Shown piece by piece: positions 61,668 through 64,000 of a DNA stretch of 64,000 nucleotides; the first letter of the stretch is position 1, and the number at the start of each line of letters is the position of its first letter. Made by a program: the position numbers and the translations under genes. Where the stretch lies: contig CAWDHT010000010.1 of assembly GCA_963802165.1 (NCBI GenBank), forward strand, positions 1,888 through 65,887, in the 5' to 3' direction. A model generated the notes under the pieces. That model saw only the letters and a program-made list of their open reading frames with translations. It was not told the DNA's origin and did not search any database. This DNA comes from an uncultured Chloroflexia bacterium. GTDB lineage: Bacteria > Chloroflexota > Limnocylindria > Limnocylindrales > CSP1-4.

Positions 61668-62267
61668 CTACTCGGTCGACGGGGACAAGTCCAGCCGACG
61701 CGGAACCACCAGGTAGGCGGTCACGCCGACGACGAGCACGATCCCCATGAGCAGCCACGAAGCCGAGTCGTCCCCGCGCGCCGCGATGAACGCCCAGCGG
61801 GCCGGGTGCTCGATGTCCTCGCCGCGACCGAAGACGGCGACGGCGAGCAGGAACAGGGCGGGGGCCACGGGCGCGAGCCGCCAGCCCGCGAAGGCGGCGG
61901 CGAGCAGCAGGAACCCGAGGTAGGTCAGGACCGCACGTGCAGCCACGAGGCCCGCGTCGGCCATGCCGACGGCATGGAGCAGGACGGCCACGAGTGCGAC
62001 GACGCCCGTAGCGAGCAGGGCGATCGCGAGGTCTGCCCACTCAATGGGCCGAACACCTGTCGACTCCAGCCGATCGTCACCACGGGCACAGCCCCACCCG
62101 ACCACCGCAGGCACGGCAATCGCGAGGAATGCCCCCGCCATCATGGTCGCCCCGGTCGGGCTCGGAGTCGCCCCTATGGACGAGCCGGGCCACGCGAGGA
62201 GCAAGACGACGACGGCGACGACGACGACGATAACGCGGAGGCCTCGGACCCGCAGGTAGAGGCTCAT
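61668..62267 (-). CDS. Membrane protein (199 aa) coupled to the ABC permease (ATGA overlap)
   Basis: MSLYLRVRGLRVIVVVVAVVVLLLAWPG… with multiple TMs. Confidence 0.55.
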   Translation of the reverse strand: MSLYLRVRGLRVIVVVVAVVVLLLAWPGSSIGATPSPTGATMMAGAFLAIAVPAVVGWGCARGDDRLESTGVRPIEWADLAIALLATGVVALVAVLLHAVGMADAGLVAARAVLTYLGFLLLAAAFAGWRLAPVAPALFLLAVAVFGRGEDIEHPARWAFIAARGDDSASWLLMGIVLVVGVTAYLVVPRRLDLSPSTE

Positions 62268-63556
62268 GGCCGCACGGTGAGGTCGACCTCGACCTCCTCG
62301 CAGGTCGCGACGAGCTCGGCGGCATGGGCCGTCCAGGCCCGCCGCGCCTCGGGCGACACCTTCCAGAGGGCGTCGACGGTGGGCAGCGGATCGAGCGTGG
62401 TGGCGGGCATGCCCCACTCGGATCCGAACTCCACGTCGAGGCGGTCCTGCGCCAAGCCGCCGGCCGCGGCATACCAGGCCCCCAGCCACGTGGACGCGAC
62501 CGCGCCGGTCGTGCCCATCTCGTCGCCGGTCGTGGGATCGATGCATACGGGGTTGGGCGGGGTCATGGCGACGGCGAGGTCCATGATCACGTCGTCGGGC
62601 GCGGTGGAGGTGACGTCCCCGATGGCGAGGGACCCGGCTGGCGCAACGCTCCGGTCGGCCTCCGTGAAGACGGAGGGCACCTCGATGCCCGCGGCGAGCC
62701 AGCGCGTGCGAACCCCTGCTGCGATCGCGGCGATCTCGTCGGCCTTCGCCGTGTGCTCGGGCCACAGGCAGATCGTCAGGTCGTCGCGCTGCCGGCACGT
62801 GAGCAGGGAGGGGTCCCGTGGCACGACGGGCGACACGGTCATCCCGGACACGAGGACCACCCCGACAGCCAGGGGGAGGGCCAGCGAAGTGACCGACGCC
62901 CCGATCCGTCGGATCGAGCGGTGTCCGCCGATGAGCACAGCCGCCGCGACGATGAGCCCGACGTTGACCAGCGACGACGCCACGACCGCCGCCGTGGCCA
63001 GGTCCTGGGCGAGACCACAGCAGTCCCTGAACATCCCAGTGAGATGACGGAGCCATAGCGGGTAGACGGCTGGTGTGAAGGCGAGCCAGACGAAGGGCAG
63101 CAGGATCCCGACCGGAACGGCGACCGGGACGGGCAGCATGATGCCGGCCGCGAACCCCACGGCGGCCCAAGCGATGAGATCCAGGACAGCGACGCCGATG
63201 ACCACCACGTCGGGCACCATCGCCCCCGATCGCACGAGGAGAACGGCGACGCCGGCGAGCACCGCGGCCGCCCCGGCCAGCACGGACGGCAGGACGGCCC
63301 AGGCGGCGATCGCGAATCGCGATCGGACGTTGGGCGCCCACCAGACCGTGCGCCGGAGCCGGGCGCCCTCCCAGGCAGCGGTCGCGGCCGTGAAGCCAGC
63401 GACGAAGGGGAGGGCACCCGTCCCCAGCGCCGTCGCGGCGAGGCCGTAGCCCCAGGACGGGTAGAGGGCCATGCCGTAGGCACCCGCGAGCAGGATGATC
63501 GGCAGCGCGAACCAGACGGCCGGCATCACCCGCAGCGACGTGCGCCGGCTGATCAT
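62264..63556 (-). CDS. ABC-transporter-associated polytopic permease (430 aa) with a C-terminal soluble domain
   Basis: MISRRTSLRVMPAVWFALPIILLAGAYG… and many TMs. It is coupled to the upstream ATPase gene (TGATG). Confidence 0.6.
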   Translation of the reverse strand: MISRRTSLRVMPAVWFALPIILLAGAYGMALYPSWGYGLAATALGTGALPFVAGFTAATAAWEGARLRRTVWWAPNVRSRFAIAAWAVLPSVLAGAAAVLAGVAVLLVRSGAMVPDVVVIGVAVLDLIAWAAVGFAAGIMLPVPVAVPVGILLPFVWLAFTPAVYPLWLRHLTGMFRDCCGLAQDLATAAVVASSLVNVGLIVAAAVLIGGHRSIRRIGASVTSLALPLAVGVVLVSGMTVSPVVPRDPSLLTCRQRDDLTICLWPEHTAKADEIAAIAAGVRTRWLAAGIEVPSVFTEADRSVAPAGSLAIGDVTSTAPDDVIMDLAVAMTPPNPVCIDPTTGDEMGTTGAVASTWLGAWYAAAGGLAQDRLDVEFGSEWGMPATTLDPLPTVDALWKVSPEARRAWTAHAAELVATCEEVEVDLTVRP

Positions 63557-64000
63557 CAGTCGCCCGCGACCAGCGTCCCGTAGGCGGCCTCGGCTGGGAA
63601 CGCGCTGCCCGCGGGCGCCAGCGCCATGAACGCCGCGGGCGTCCCCGAGAACGGCAGGCGGCCGCGGTCCATCACAACGACCGTGTCGAACAGGTCGGTC
63701 AGGTCGTCCACCTGGTGGGTGGAGACCACGACCGGAATGCGGTGCGCGATCTCCCGCAGCACGTCCCGGAACCGGGCACGTTGGTTTGGGTCCAGGCCGG
63801 CGGTCGGCTCGTCGAGGAGCAGGACCTCGGCGCGGTGCACAAGCGCCTGGGCGAGGCCGATCCGCCGCTGCTGGCCGCCCGAGAGCTGCGACGTGCGACG
63901 GCCCGCCTCGGCTACGAGGTCCACGCGCTCGAGCGCCTCCCCGGCCGCCTCCCAGGCCGCCCGGCGGTCGAGGCCCTTGAGCCACCCGGCGTAGGCGACC
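63553..64000 (-). CDS. ABC transporter ATP-binding protein, C-terminal part (the gene continues past the window end)
   Basis: LSGGQQRR signature, LLLDEPTAGLD Walker B and H-loop (…VSTHQ…). The reading frame stays open to position 64000. Confidence 0.85.

Larger units (their letters stand above)
44063..64000. mobile_element. Integrated element (AICE- or cryptic-prophage-like) inserted at the 3' end of tRNA-Arg; the right boundary was not found inside the window
   Basis: Serine recombinase abutting and overlapping the tRNA 3' end, an RHH-primase/polymerase replication module, candidate defence genes, an HNH nuclease and a holin-like/amidase lysis cassette. No attR repeat was recognised. Confidence 0.55.

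Overview
High-GC actinobacterial-type chromosome segment. The left third carries the conserved block prfA-prmC-tsaC-(glyA)-wecA followed by the F1F0 ATP synthase operon (atpI-like, atpB, atpE, atpF, atpH, atpA, atpG, atpD partial), all on the minus strand. Between wecA and the atp operon sits an accessory insertion: a ~4.2 kb gene for a secreted Ig-like/cadherin-like repeat protein built from near-identical 282/283-bp tandem repeats and broken into at least six reading frames, plus a PKD-domain membrane protein. The middle carries housekeeping and stress genes: an Rrf2 regulator with a perfect 12-bp palindrome in its divergent promoter, a cupredoxin-fused copper nitrite reductase NirK, a CoA transferase, ybaK, a tlpA-ccdA thiol-redox pair, a PIG-L deacetylase, a CapA-family protein, tRNA-Asp, two AI-2E transporters flanking an SPFH gene, a CPA2 antiporter, ltaE, DUF885, two cyclophilins and modE-like/modA/modB. 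The right third (~44.0 kb to the window end) is an integrated element inserted at the 3' end of tRNA-Arg(CCG). It carries a large serine recombinase, an RHH plus primase-polymerase module, a 1669-aa protein combining a sacsin-type GHKL ATPase motif ('ELLQNADDA') with a C-terminal DUF3883 (PD-(D/E)xK-like) domain followed by an ADP-ribosylglycohydrolase, an HNH endonuclease, a holin-like/amidase lysis cassette and an ABC transporter. The GHKL-DUF3883 giant gene with its small HTH-like and ADP-ribosylglycohydrolase partners is the most interesting candidate (possible defence/anti-MGE module). About 15 otherwise recognisable genes show apparent 1-nt frameshifts while long neighbours (atpA, glyA, primase, the 5-kb giant ORF) are intact. 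This is either systematic indel error in the assembly or real pseudogenisation, and it must be resolved before any biology is read into the broken genes.
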